From Eledone cirrhosa (taxonomy: Eukaryota): DNA of 64,000 nucleotides. Positions within the stretch are counted from its first letter, which is position 1; each line of letters starts with the position of its first letter. This document shows, in pieces, positions 50,406 to 63,920 of this stretch. The position numbers were made by a program, and so were the translations under genes. The DNA is taken from the NCBI GenBank assembly GCA_964016885.1, contig OZ024758.1, positions 35,154,001 to 35,218,000 on the forward strand, given 5' to 3'. The notes under the pieces are model-generated. The model saw only the letters and a list, made by a program, of their open reading frames with translations. It did no database searches and was not told the origin of the DNA.

Positions 50406-53220
50406 TGTTGGTGAGAATTCATTTAAGTCATGGTACTAGCTGTCAGAAGTAAGTCCAATGTTGGTGAGAATTCATTTAAGTTCATGGTATTAGCTGTCAG
50501 AAGGAACTCCACTGTTGGTGAGAATTCATTTAAGTTCATGGTATTAGCTGTCAGAAGTAACTCCACTGTTGGCGAGAATTCATTTAAGTTCATGGTACTA
50601 GCTGTCAGAAGTAACTCCAATGTTGGTGAGAATTCATTTAAGTTCATGGTATTAGCTGTCAGAAGTAACTCCACTGTTGGTGAGAATTCATTTAAGTCAT
50701 GGTATTAGCTGTCAGAAGTAACTCCAATGTTGGTGAGAATTCATTTAAGTTCATGGTACTAGCTGTCAGAAGTAACTCCACTGTTGGTGAGAATTCATTT
50801 AAGTTCATGGTATTAGTTTGTCAGAAGTAACTCCACTGTTGGTGAGAATTCATTTAAGTCATGGTATTAGTTGTCAGAAGTTTACTCCAATGTTGGTGAG
50901 AATTCATTTAAGTTCATGGTACTAGCTGTCAGAAGTAACTCCACTGTTGGTGAGAATTCATTTAAGTTCATGGTATTAGCTGTCAGAAGTAACTCCACTG
51001 TTGGTGAGAATTCATTTAAGTTCATGGTACTAGCTGTCAGAAGTAACTCCAATGTTGGTGAGAATTCATTTAAGTTCATGGTATTAGTTGTCAGAAGTAA
51101 CTCCACTGTTGGTGAGAATTCATTTAAGTCATGGTATTAGTTGTCAGAAGTAACTCCAATGTTGGTGAGAATTCATTTAAGTTCATGGTTCTAGCTGTCA
51201 GAAGTAACTCCACTGTTGGTGAGAATTCATTTAAGTTCATGGTATTAGCTGTCAGAAGTAACTCCACTGTTGGTGAGAATTCATTTAAGTCATGGTATTA
51301 GATGTCAGAAGTAACTCCATTGTTGGTGGGAATTCATTTAAGTCATGGTACTAGCTGTCAGAAGTAACTCCACTGTTGGTGAGAATTCATTTAAGTTCAT
51401 GGTATTAGCTGTCAGAAGTAACTCCTCTGTTGGTGAGAATTCATTTAAGTCATGGTATTAGCTGTCAGAAGTAACTCCAATGTTGGTGAGAATTCATTGA
51501 AGTCATGGTACTAGCTGTCAGAAGTAACACCAATGTTGGTGAGAATTCAGTTAAGTTCATGGTATTAGCTGTCAGAAGGATCTCCAATGTTGGTGAGAAT
51601 TCATTTAAGTTCATGGTATTAGTTGTCAGAAGTAACCCCACTGTTGGTGAGAATTCATTTAAGTTCATGGTATTAGCTGTCAGAAGTAACTCCACTGTTG
51701 GTGAGAATTCATTTAAGTTCATGGTATTAGCTGTCAGAAGTAACTCCACTGTTGGTGAGAATTCATTTAAGTTCATGGTATTAGCTGTCAGAAGGAACTC
51801 CAATGTTGGTGAGAATTCATTTAAGTCATGGTACTAGCTGTCAGAAGTAACTCCACTGTTGGTGAGAATTCATTTAAGTTCATGGTATTAGCTGTCAGAA
51901 GGAACGCCACTGTTGGTGAGAATTCATTTAAGTTCATGGTATTAGCTGTCAGAAGTAACTCCACTGTTGGTGAGAATTCATTTAAGTTCATGGTACTAGT
52001 TGTCAGAAGTAACTCCACTGTTGGTGAGAATTCATTTAAGTTCATGGTATTAGTTGTCAAAAGTAACTCCACTGTTGGTGAGAATTCATTTAAGTCATGG
52101 TATTTGTTGTCAGAAGTAACTCCAATGTTGGTGAGAATTCATTTAAGTTCATGGTTCTAGCTGTCAGAAGTAACTACACTGTTGGTGAGAATTCATTTAA
52201 GTTCATGGTATTAGCTGTCAGAAGTAACTCCACTGTTGGTGAGAGTTCATTTAAGTCATGGTATTAGCTGTCAGAAGTAACTCCATTGTTGGTGAGAATT
52301 CATTTAAGTCATGGTACTAGCTGTCAGAAGTAACTCCACTGTTGGTGAGAATTCATTTAAGTTCATGGTATTAGCTGTCAGAAGGAACTCCACTGTTGGT
52401 GAGAATACATTTAAGTTCATGGTACTAGCTGTCAGAAGTAACTCCACTGTTGGTGAGAATTCATTTAAGTTCATGGTATTAGTTTGTCAGAAGTAACTCC
52501 ACTGTTGGTGAGAATTCATTTAATTCATGGTATTAGTTGTCAGAACTAACTCCAATGTTGGTGAGAATTCATTTAAGTCATGGTACTAGCTGTCAGAAGT
52601 AAGTCCAATGTTGGTGAGAATTCATTTAAGTTCATGGTATTAGCTGTCAGAAGGAACTCCACTGTTGGTGAGAATTCATTTAAGTTCATGGTATTAGCTG
52701 TCAGAAGTAACTCCACTGTTGGCGAGAATTCATTTAAGTTCATGGTACTAGCTGTCAGAAGTAACTCCAATGTTGGTGAGAATTCATTTAAGTTCATGGT
52801 ATTAGCTGTCAGAAGTAACTCCACTGTTGGTGAGAATTCATTTAAGTCATGGTATTAGCTGTCAGAAGTAACTCCAATGTTGGTGAGAATTCATTTAAGT
52901 TCATGGTACTAGCTGTCAGAAGTAACTCCACTGTTGGTGAGAATTCATTTAAGTTCATGGTATTAGTTTGTCAGAAGTAACTCCACTGTTGGTGAGAATT
53001 CATTTAAGTCATGGTATTAGTTGTCAGAAGTTTACTCCAATGTTGGTGAGAATTCATTTAAGTTCATGGTACTAGCTGTCAGAAGTAACTCCACTGTTGG
53101 TGAGAATTCATTTAAGTTCATGGTATTAGCTGTCAGAAGTAACTCCACTGTTGGTGAGAATTCATTTAAGTTCATGGTACTAGCTGTCAGAAGTAACTCC
53201 AATGTTGGTGAGAATTCATT
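48920..53220. repeat. Tandem duplication, period 2,150 bp (40 monomers)
   Basis: ORF pairs 49355/51505, 49678/51828, 50161/52311, 50430/52580 and 50871/53021 are all offset by 2150. Confidence 0.9.
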
Positions 53221-53499
53221 TAAGTTCATGGTATTAGCTGTCAGAAGGAACTCCACCGTTGGTGAGAATTCATTTAAGTTCATGGTATTAGCTCTCAGAA
53301 GTAACTCCACTGTTGGTGAGAATTCATTTAAGTTCATGGTACTAGTTGTCAGAAGTAACTCCACTGTTGGTGAGAATTCATTTAAGTTCATGGTACTAGC
53401 TGTCAGAAGTAACTCCACTGTTGGTGAGAATTCATTTAAGTTCATGGTATTAGTTTGTCAGAAGTAACTCCACTGTTGGTGAGAATTCATTTAATTCAT

Positions 53500-56400
53500 G
53501 GTATTAGTTGTCAGAAGCAACTCCAATGTTGGTGAGAATTCATTTAAGTCATGGTACTAGCTGTCAGAAGTAACTCCAATGTTGGTGAGAATTCATTTAA
53601 GTTCATGGTATTAGCTGTCAGAAGGAACTCCACTGTTGGTGAGAATTCATTTAAGTTCATGGTATTAGCTGTCAGAAGTAACTCCACTGTTGGTGAGAAT
53701 TCATTTAAGTTCATGGTACTGGCTGTCAGAAGTAACTCCAATGTTGGTGAGAATTCATTTAAGTTCATGGTATTAGCTGTCAGAAGTAACTCCACTGTTG
53801 GTGAGAATTCATTTAAGTCATTGTATTAGCTGTCAGAAGTAACTCCAATGTTGGTGAGAATTCATTTAAGTTCATGGTATTAGCTGTCAGAAGTAACTCC
53901 ACTGTTGGTGAGAATTGATTTAAGTTCATGGTACTAGCTGTCAGAAGTAACTCCACTGTTGGTAAGAATTCATTTAATTTCATGGTATTAGTTTGTCAGA
54001 AGTAACTCCACTGTTCGTGAGAATTCATTTAAGTCATGGTATTAGTTGTCAGAAGTTTACTCCAATGTTGGTGAGAATTCATTTAATTTCATGGTACTAG
54101 CTGTCAGAAGTAACTCCACTGTTGGTGAGAATTCATTTAAGTTCATGGTATTAGCTGTCAGAAGTAACTCCACTGTTGGTGAGAATTCATTTAAGTTCAT
54201 GGTATTAGTTGTCAGAAGTAACTCCACTGTTGGTGAGAATTCATTTAAGTCATGGTATTAGTTGTCAGAAGTAACTCCAATGTTGGTGAGAATTCATTTA
54301 AGTTCATGGTATTAGCTGTCAGAAGTAACTCCACTGTTGGTGAGAATTCATTTAAGTTCATGGTATTAGCTGTCAGAAGGAACTCCAATGTTGGTGAGAA
54401 TTCATTTAAGTCATGGTACTAGCTGTCAGAAGTAACTCCACTGTTGGTGAGAATTCATTTAAGTTCATGGTATTAGCTGTCAGAAGGAACGCCACTGTTG
54501 GTGAGAATTCATTTAATTCATGGTATTAGTTGTCAGAAGTAACTCCAATGTTGGTGAGAATTCATTTAAGTCATGGTACTAGCTGTCAGAAGTAACTCCA
54601 ATGTTGGTGAGAATTCATTTAAGTTCATGGTATTAGCTGTCAGAAGGAACTCCACTGTTGGTGAGAATTCATTTAAGTTCATGGTATTAGCTGTCAGAAG
54701 TAACTCCACTGTTGGTGAGAATTCATTTAAGTTCATGGTACTGGCTGTCAGAAGTAACTCCAATGTTGGTGAGAATTCATTTAAGTTCATGGTATTAGCT
54801 GTCAGAAGTAACTCCACTGTTGGTGAGAATTCATTTAAGTCATGGTATTAGCTGTCAGAAGTAACTCCAATGTTGGTGAGAATTCATTTAAGTTCATGGT
54901 ATTAGCTGTCAGAAGTAACTCCACTGTTGGTGAGAATTCATTTAAGTTCATGGTACTAGCTGTCAGAAGTAACTCCACTGTTGGTGAGAATTCATTTAAG
55001 TTCATGGTATTAGTTTGTCAGAAGTAACTCCACTGTTGGTGAGAATTCATTTAAGTCATGGTATTAGTTGTCAGAAGTTTACTCCAATGTTGGTGAGAAT
55101 TCATTTAATTTCATGGTACTAGCTGTCAGAAGTAACTCCACTGTTGGTGAGAATTCATTTAAGTTCATGGTATTAGCTGTCAGAAGTAACTCCACTGTTG
55201 GTGAGAATTCATTTAAGTTCATGGTATTAGTTGTCAGAAGTAACTCCACTGTTGGTGAGAATTCATTTAAGTCATGGTATTAGTTGTCAGAAGTAACTCC
55301 AATGTTGGTGAGAATTCATTTAAGTTCATGGTATTAGCTGTCAGAAGTAACTCCACTGTTGGTGAGAATTCATTTAAGTTCATGGTATTAGCTGTCAGAA
55401 GTAACTCCACTGTTGGTGAGAATTCATTTAAGTTCATGGTATTAGCTGTCAGAAGGAACTCCAATGTTGGTGAGAATTCATTTAAGTCATGGTACTAGCT
55501 GTCAGAAGTAACTCCACTGTTGGTGAGAATTCATTTAAGTTCATGGTATTAGCTGTCAGAAGGAACGCCACTGTTGGTGAGAATTCATTTAAGTTCATGG
55601 TATTAGCTGTCAGAGGTAACTCCACTGTTGGTGAGAATTCATTTAAGTTCATGGTACTAGTTGTCAGAAGTAACTCCACTGTTGGTGAGAATTCATTTAA
55701 GTTCATGGTATTAGTTGTCAGAAGTAACTCCACTGTTGGTGAGAATTCATTTAAGTCATGGTATATGTTGTCAGAAGTAACTCCAATGTTGGTGAGAATT
55801 CATTTAAGTTCATGGTTCTAGCTGTCAGAAGTAACTCCACTGTTGGTGAGAATTCATTTAAGTTCATGGTATTAGCTGTCAGAAGTAACTCCACTGTTGG
55901 TGAGAGTTCATTTAAGTCATGGTATTAGCTGTCAGAAGTAACTCCATTGTTGGTGAGAATTCATTTAAGTCATGGTACTAGCTGTCAGAAGTAACTCCAC
56001 TGTTGGTGAGAATTCATTTAAGTTCATGGTATTAGCTGTCAGAAGGAACTCCACTGTTGGTGAGAATACATTTAAGTTCATGGTACTAGCTGTCAGAAGT
56101 AACTCCACTGTTGGTGAGAATTCATTTAAGTTCATGGTATTAGTTTGTCAGAAGTAACTCCACTGTTGGTGAGAATTCATTTAAGTTCATGGTACTGGCT
56201 GTCAGAAGTAACTCCAATGTTGGTGAGAATTCATTTAAGTTCATGGTATTAGCTGTCAGAAGTAACTCCACTGTTGGTGAGAATTCATTTAAGTCATGGT
56301 ATTAGCTGTCAGAAGTAACTCCAATGTTGGTGAGAATTCATTTAAGTTCATGGTATTAGCTGTCAGAAGTAACTCCACTGTTGGTGAGAATTCATTTAAG

Positions 56401-58860
56401 TTCATGGTACTAGCTGTCAGAAGTAACTCCACTGTTGGTGAGAATTCATTTAAGTTCATGGTATTAGTTTGTCAGAAGTAACTCCACTGTTGGTGAGAAT
56501 TCATTTAAGTTCATGGTATTAGCTGTCAGAAGTAACTCCACTGTTGGTGAGAATTCATTTAAGTTCATGGTATTAGCTGTCAGAAGGAACTCCAATGTTG
56601 GTGAGAATTCATTTAAGTCATGGTACTAGCTGTCAGAAGTAACTCCACTGTTGGTGAGAATTCATTTAAGTTCATGGTATTAGCTGTCAGAAGGAACTCC
56701 AATGTTGGTGAGAATTCATTTAAGTCATGGTACTAGCTGTCAGAAGTAACTCCACTGTTGGTGAGAATTCATTTAAGTTCATGGTATTAGCTGTCAGAAG
56801 GAACGCCACTGTTGGTGAGAATTCATTTAAGTTCATGGTATTAGCTGTCAGAGGTAACTCCACTGTTGGTGAGAATTCATTTAAGTTCATGGTACTAGTT
56901 GTCAGAAGTAACTCCACTGTTGGTGAGAATTCATTTAAGTTCATGGTATTAGTTGTCAGAAGTAACTCCACTGTTGGTGAGAATTCATTTAAGTCATGGT
57001 ATATGTTGTCAGAAGTAACTCCAATGTTGGTGAGAATTCATTTAAGTTCATGGTTCTAGCTGTCAGAAGTAACTCCACTGTTGGTGAGAATTCATTTAAG
57101 TTCATGGTATTAGCTGTCAGAAGTAACTCCACTGTTGGTGAGAGTTCATTTAAGTCATGGTATTAGCTGTCAGAAGTAACTCCATTGTTGGTGAGAATTC
57201 ATTTAAGTCATGGTACTAGCTGTCAGAAGTAACTCCACTGTTGGTGAGAATTCATTTAAGTTCATGGTATTAGCTGTCAGAAGGAACTCCACTGTTGGTG
57301 AGAATACATTTAAGTTCATGGTACTAGCTGTCAGAAGTAACTCCACTGTTGGTGAGAATTCATTTAAGTTCATGGTATTAGTTTGTCAGAAGTAACTCCA
57401 CTGTTGGTGAGAATTCATTTAAGTTCATGGTACTGGCTGTCAGAAGTAACTCCAATGTTGGTGAGAATTCATTTAAGTTCATGGTATTAGCTGTCAGAAG
57501 TAACTCCACTGTTGGTGAGAATTCATTTAAGTCATGGTATTAGCTGTCAGAAGTAACTCCAATGTTGGTGAGAATTCATTTAAGTTCATGGTATTAGCTG
57601 TCAGAAGTAACTCCACTGTTGGTGAGAATTCATTTAAGTTCATGGTACTAGCTGTCAGAAGTAACTCCACTGTTGGTGAGAATTCATTTAAGTTCATGGT
57701 ATTAGTTTGTCAGAAGTAACTCCACTGTTGGTGAGAATTCATTTAAGTCATGGTATTAGTTGTCAGAAGTTTACTCCAATGTTGGTGAGAATTCATTTAA
57801 TTTCATGGTACTAGCTGTCAGAAGTAACTCCACTGTTGGTGAGAATTCATTTAAGTTCATGGTATTAGCTGTCAGAAGTAACTCCACTGTTGGTGAGAAT
57901 TCATTTAAGTTCATGGTATTAGTTGTCAGAAGTAACTCCACTGTTGGTGAGAATTCATTTAAGTCATGGTATTAGTTGTCAGAAGTAACTCCAATGTTGG
58001 TGAGAATTCATTTAAGTTCATGGTATTAGCTGTCAGAAGTAACTCCACTGTTGGTGAGAATTCATTTAAGTTCATGGTATTAGCTGTCAGAAGTAACTCC
58101 ACTGTTGGTGAGAATTCATTTAAGTTCATGGTATTAGCTGTCAGAAGGAACTCCAATGTTGGTGAGAATTCATTTAAGTCATGGTACTAGCTGTCAGAAG
58201 TAACTCCACTGTTGGTGAGAATTCATTTAAGTTCATGGTATTAGCTGTCAGAAGGAACGCCACTGTTGGTGAGAATTCATTTAAGTTCATGGTATTAGCT
58301 GTCAGAGGTAACTCCACTGTTGGTGAGAATTCATTTAAGTTCATGGTACTAGTTGTCAGAAGTAACTCCACTGTTGGTGAGAATTCATTTAAGTTCATGG
58401 TATTAGTTGTCAGAAGTAACTCCACTGTTGGTGAGAATTCATTTAAGTCATGGTATATGTTGTCAGAAGTAACTCCAATGTTGGTGAGAATTCATTTAAG
58501 TTCATGGTTCTAGCTGTCAGAAGTAACTCCACTGTTGGTGAGAATTCATTTAAGTTCATGGTATTAGCTGTCAGAAGTAACTCCACTGTTGGTGAGAGTT
58601 CATTTAAGTCATGGTATTAGCTGTCAGAAGTAACTCCATTGTTGGTGAGAATTCATTTAAGTCATGGTACTAGCTGTCAGAAGTAACTCCACTGTTGGTG
58701 AGAATTCATTTAAGTTCATGGTATTAGCTGTCAGAAGGAACTCCACTGTTGGTGAGAATACATTTAAGTTCATGGTACTAGCTGTCAGAAGTAACTCCAC
58801 TGTTGGTGAGAATTCATTTAAGTTCATGGTATTAGTTTGTCAGAAGTAACTCCACTGTTG
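53500..58860. repeat. Cluster of short nested duplications (offsets 1,022, 1,238 and 1,454 bp = 19, 23 and 27 monomers)
   Basis: ORF pairs 53551/54573 and 54046/55068 (1022), 55489/56727 (1238) and 56727/58181 (1454). The private GGTATATGTTG variant appears three times. Confidence 0.8.
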
Positions 58861-61800
58861 GTGAGAATTCATTTAATTCATGGTATTAGTTGTCAGAAGT
58901 AACTCCAATGTTGGTGAGAATTCATTTAAGTCATGGTACTAGCTGTCAGAAGTAACTCCAATGTTGGTGAGAATTCATTTAAGTTCATGGTATTAGCTGT
59001 CAGAAGTAACTCCACTGTTGGTGAGAATTCATTTAAGTTCATGGTATTAGTTTGTCAGAAGTAACTCCACTGTTGGTGAAAATTCATTTAAGTCATGGTA
59101 TTAGTTGTCAGAAGTTTACTCCAATGTTGGTGAGAATTCATTTAAGTTCATGGTACTAGCTGTCAGAAGTAACTCCACTGTTGGTGAGAATTCATTTAAG
59201 TTCATGGTATTAGCTGTCAGAAGTAACTCCACTGTTTGTGAGAATTCATTTAAGTTCATGGTACTAGCTGTCAGAAGTCACTCCAATGTTGGTGAGAATT
59301 CATTTAAGTTCATGGTATTAGCTGTCAGAAGGAACTCCACTGTTGGTGAGAATTCATTTAAGTTCATGGTATTAGCTCTCAGAAGTAACTCCACTGTTGG
59401 TGAGAATTCATTTAAGTTCATGGTATTAGTTGTCAGAAGTAACTCCACTGTTGGTGAGAATTCATTTAAGTCATGGTATTTGTTGTCAGAAGTAACTCCG
59501 ATGTTGGTGAGAATTCATTTAAGTTCATGGTTCTAGCTGTCAGAAGTAACTCCACTGTTGGTGAGAATTCATTTAAGTTCATGGTATTAGCTGTCAGAAG
59601 TAACTCCACTGTTGGTGAGAGTTCATTTAAGTCATGGTATTAGCTGTCAGAAGTAACTCCATTGTTGGTGAGAATTCATTTAAGTCATGGTACTAGCTGT
59701 CAGAAGTAACTCCACTGTTGGTGAGAATTCATTTAAGTTCATGGTATTAGCTGTCAGAAGGAACTCCACTGTTGGTGAGAATACATTTAAGTTCATGGTA
59801 CTAGCTGTCAGAAGTAACTCCACTGTTGGTGAGAATTCATTTAAGTTCATGGTATTAGTTTGTCAGAAGTAACTCCACTGTTGGTGAGAATTCATTTAAT
59901 TCATGGTATTAGTTGTCAGAAGTAACTCCAATGTTGGTGAGAATTCATTTAAGTCATGGTACTAGCTGTCAGAAGTAACTCCAATGTTGGTGAGAATTCA
60001 TTTAAGTTCATGGTATTAGCTGTCAGAAGGAACTCCACTGTTGGTGAGAATTCATTTAAGTTCATGGTATTAGCTGTCAGAAGTAACTCCACTGTTGGTG
60101 AGAATTCATTTAAGTTCATGGTACTAGTTGTCAGAAGTAACTCCACTGTTGGTGAGAATTCATTTAAGTTCATGGTATTAGTTGTCAAAAGTAACTCCAC
60201 TGTTGGTGAGAATTCATTTAAGTCATGGTATTTGTTGTCAGAAGTAACTCCAATGTTGGTGAGAATTCATTTAAGTTCATGGTTCTAGCTGTCAGAAGTA
60301 ACTCCACTGTTGGTGAGAATTCATTTAAGTTCATGGTATTAGCTGTCAGAAGTAACTCCACTGTTGGTGAGAGTTCATTTAAGTCATGGTATTAGCTGTC
60401 AGAAGTAACTCCATTGTTGGTGAGAATTCATTTAAGTCATGGTATTAGCTGTCAGAAGTAACTCCACTGTTGGTGAGAATTCATTTAAGTTCATGGTATT
60501 AGCTGTCAGAAGTAACTCCACTGTTGGTGAGAATTCATTTAAGTTCATGGTATTAGCTGTCAGAAGGAACTCCAATGTTGGTGAGAATTCATTTAAGTCA
60601 TGGTACTAGCTGTCAGAAGTAACTCCACTGTTGGTGAGAATTCATTTAAGTTCATGGTATTAGCTGTCAGAAGGAACGCCACTGTTGGTGAGAATTCATT
60701 TAATTCATGGTATTAGTTGTCAGAAGTAACTCCAATGTTGGTGAGAATTCATTTAAGTCATGGTACTAGCTGTCAGAAGTAACTCCAATGTTGGTGAGAA
60801 TTCATTTAAGTTCATGGTATTAGCTGTCAGAAGGAACTCCACTGTTGGTGAGAATTCATTTAAGTTCATGGTATTAGCTGTCAGAAGTAACTCCACTGTT
60901 GGTGAGAATTCATTTAAGTTCATGGTACTGGCTGTCAGAAGTAACTCCAATGTTGGTGAGAATTCATTTAAGTTCATGGTATTAGCTGTCAGAAGTAACT
61001 CCACTGTTGGTGAGAATTCATTTAAGTCATGGTATTAGCTGTCAGAAGTAACTCCAATGTTGGTGAGAATTCATTTAAGTTCATGGTATTAGCTGTCAGA
61101 AGTAACTCCACTGTTGGTGAGAATTCATTTAAGTTCATGGTACTAGCTGTCAGAAGTAACTCCACTGTTGGTGAGAATTCATTTAAGTTCATGGTATTAG
61201 TTTGTCAGAAGTAACTCCACTGTTGGTGAGAATTCATTTAAGTCATGGTATTAGTTGTCAGAAGTTTACTCCAATGTTGGTGAGAATTCATTTAATTTCA
61301 TGGTACTAGCTGTCAGAAGTAACTCCACTGTTGGTGAGAATTCATTTAAGTTCATGGTATTAGCTGTCAGAAGTAACTCCACTGTTGGTGAGAATTCATT
61401 TAAGTTCATGGTATTAGTTGTCAGAAGTAACTCCACTGTTGGTGAGAATTCATTTAAGTCATGGTATTAGTTGTCAGAAGTAACTCCAATGTTGGTGAGA
61501 ATTCATTTAAGTTCATGGTATTAGCTGTCAGAAGTAACTCCACTGTTGGTGAGAATTCATTTAAGTTCATGGTATTAGCTGTCAGAAGTAACTCCACTGT
61601 TGGTGAGAATTCATTTAAGTTCATGGTATTAGCTGTCAGAAGGAACTCCAATGTTGGTGAGAATTCATTTAAGTCATGGTACTAGCTGTCAGAAGTAACT
61701 CCACTGTTGGTGAGAATTCATTTAAGTTCATGGTATTAGCTGTCAGAAGGAACGCCACTGTTGGTGAGAATTCATTTAAGTTCATGGTATTAGCTGTCAG

Positions 61801-63920
61801 AGGTAACTCCACTGTTGGTGAGAATTCATTTAAGTTCATGGTACTAGTTGTCAGAAGTAACTCCACTGTTGGTGAGAATTCATTTAAGTTCATGGTATTA
61901 GTTGTCAGAAGTAACTCCACTGTTGGTGAGAATTCATTTAAGTCATGGTATTTGTTGTCAGAAGTAACTCCAATGTTGGTGAGAATTCATTTAAGTTCAT
62001 GGTTCTAGCTGTCAGAAGTAACTCCACTGTTGGTGAGAATTCATTTAAGTTCATGGTATTAGCTGTCAGAAGTAACTCCACTGTTGGTGAGAGTTCATTT
62101 AAGTCATGGTATTAGCTGTCAGAAGTAACTCCATTGTTGGTGAGAATTCATTTAAGTCATGGTACTAGCTGTCAGAAGTAACTCCACTGTTGGTGAGAAT
62201 TCATTTAAGTTCATGGTATTAGCTGTCAGAAGGAACTCCACTGTTGGTGAGAATACATTTAAGTTCATGGTACTAGCTGTCAGAAGTAACTCCACTGTTG
62301 GTGAGAATTCATTTAAGTTCATGGTATTAGTTTGTCAGAAGTAACTCCACTGTTGGTGAGAATTCATTTAATTCATGGTATTAGTTGTCAGAAGTAACTC
62401 CAATGTTGGTGAGAATTCATTTAAGTCATGGTACTAGCTGTCAGAAGTAACTCCAATGTTGGTGAGAATTCATTTAAGTTCATGGTATTAGCTGTCAGAA
62501 GTAACTCCACTGTTGGTGAGAATTCATTTAAGTTCATCGTATTAGTTTGTCAGAAGTAACTCCACTGTTGGTGAAAATTCATTTAAGTCATGGTATTAGT
62601 TGTCAGAAGTTTACTCCAATGTTGGTGAGAATTCATTTAAGTTCATGGTACTAGCTGTCAGAAGTAACTCCACTGTTGGTGAGAATTCATTTAAGTTCAT
62701 GGTATTAGCTGTCAGAAGTAACTCCACTGTTTGTGAGAATTCATTTAAGTTCATGGTACTAGCTGTCAGAAGTCACTCCAATGTTGGTGAGAATTCATTT
62801 AAGTTCATGGTATTAGCTGTCAGAAGGAACTCCACTGTTGGTGAGAATTCATTTAAGTTCATGGTATTAGCTCTCAGAAGTAACTCCACTGTTGGTGAGA
62901 ATTCATTTAAGTTCATGGTATTAGTTGTCAGAAGTAACTCCACTGTTGGTGAGAATTCATTTAAGTCATGGTATTTGTTGTCAGAAGTAACTCCAATGTT
63001 GGTGAGAATTCATTTAAGTTCATGGTTCTAGCTGTCAGAAGTAACTCCACTGTTGGTGAGAATTCATTTAAGTTCATGGTATTAGCTGTCAGAAGTAACT
63101 CCACTGTTGGTGAGAGTTCATTTAAGTCATGGTATTAGCTGTCAGAAGTAACTCCATTGTTGGTGAGAATTCATTTAAGTCATGGTACTAGCTGTCAGAA
63201 GTAACTCCACTGTTGGTGAGAATTCATTTAAGTTCATGGTATTAGCTGTCAGAAGGAACTCCACTGTTGGTGAGAATACATTTAAGTTCATGGTACTAGC
63301 TGTCAGAAGTAACTCCACTGTTGGTGAGAATTCATTTAAGTTCATGGTATTAGTTTGTCAGAAGTAACTCCACTGTTGGTGAGAATTCATTTAATTCATG
63401 GTATTAGTTGTCAGAAGTAACTCCAATGTTGGTGAGAATTCATTTAAGTCATGGTACTAGCTGTCAGAAGTAACTCCAATGTTGGTGAGAATTCATTTAA
63501 GTTCATGGTATTAGCTGTCAGAAGGAACTCCACTGTTGGTGAGAATTCATTTAAGTTCATGGTATTAGCTGTCAGAAGTAACTCCACTGTTGGTGAGAAT
63601 TCATTTAAGTTCATGGTACTAGTTGTCAGAAGTAACTCCACTGTTGGTGAGAATTCATTTAAGTTCATGGTATTAGTTGTCAAAAGTAACTCCACTGTTG
63701 GTGAGAATTCATTTAAGTCATGGTATTTGTTGTCAGAAGTAACTCCAATGTTGGTGAGAATTCATTTAAGTTCATGGTTCTAGCTGTCAGAAGTAACTCC
63801 ACTGTTGGTGAGAATTCATTTAAGTTCATGGTATTAGCTGTCAGAAGTAACTCCACTGTTGGTGAGAGTTCATTTAAGTCATGGTATTAGCTGTCAGAAG
63901 TAATTCCATTGTTGGTGAGA
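57430..63920. repeat. Tandem duplication, period 3,495 bp (65 monomers)
   Basis: ORF pairs 57534/61029, 57760/61255, 58181/61676, 58664/62159, 59105/62600, 59687/63182 and 59956/63451 are offset by 3495. The private variant CTGTTTGTGAG is in both copies. Confidence 0.9.

Noticed and set aside
169-63783. Several hundred ORFs (61-308 aa) on both strands as protein-coding genes
   Set aside because: All are translations of the same 18-codon monomer. They begin and end at 1-bp indel variants that shift the frame every few monomers. There is no unique N- or C-terminal domain, and common variants are both synonymous and non-synonymous.
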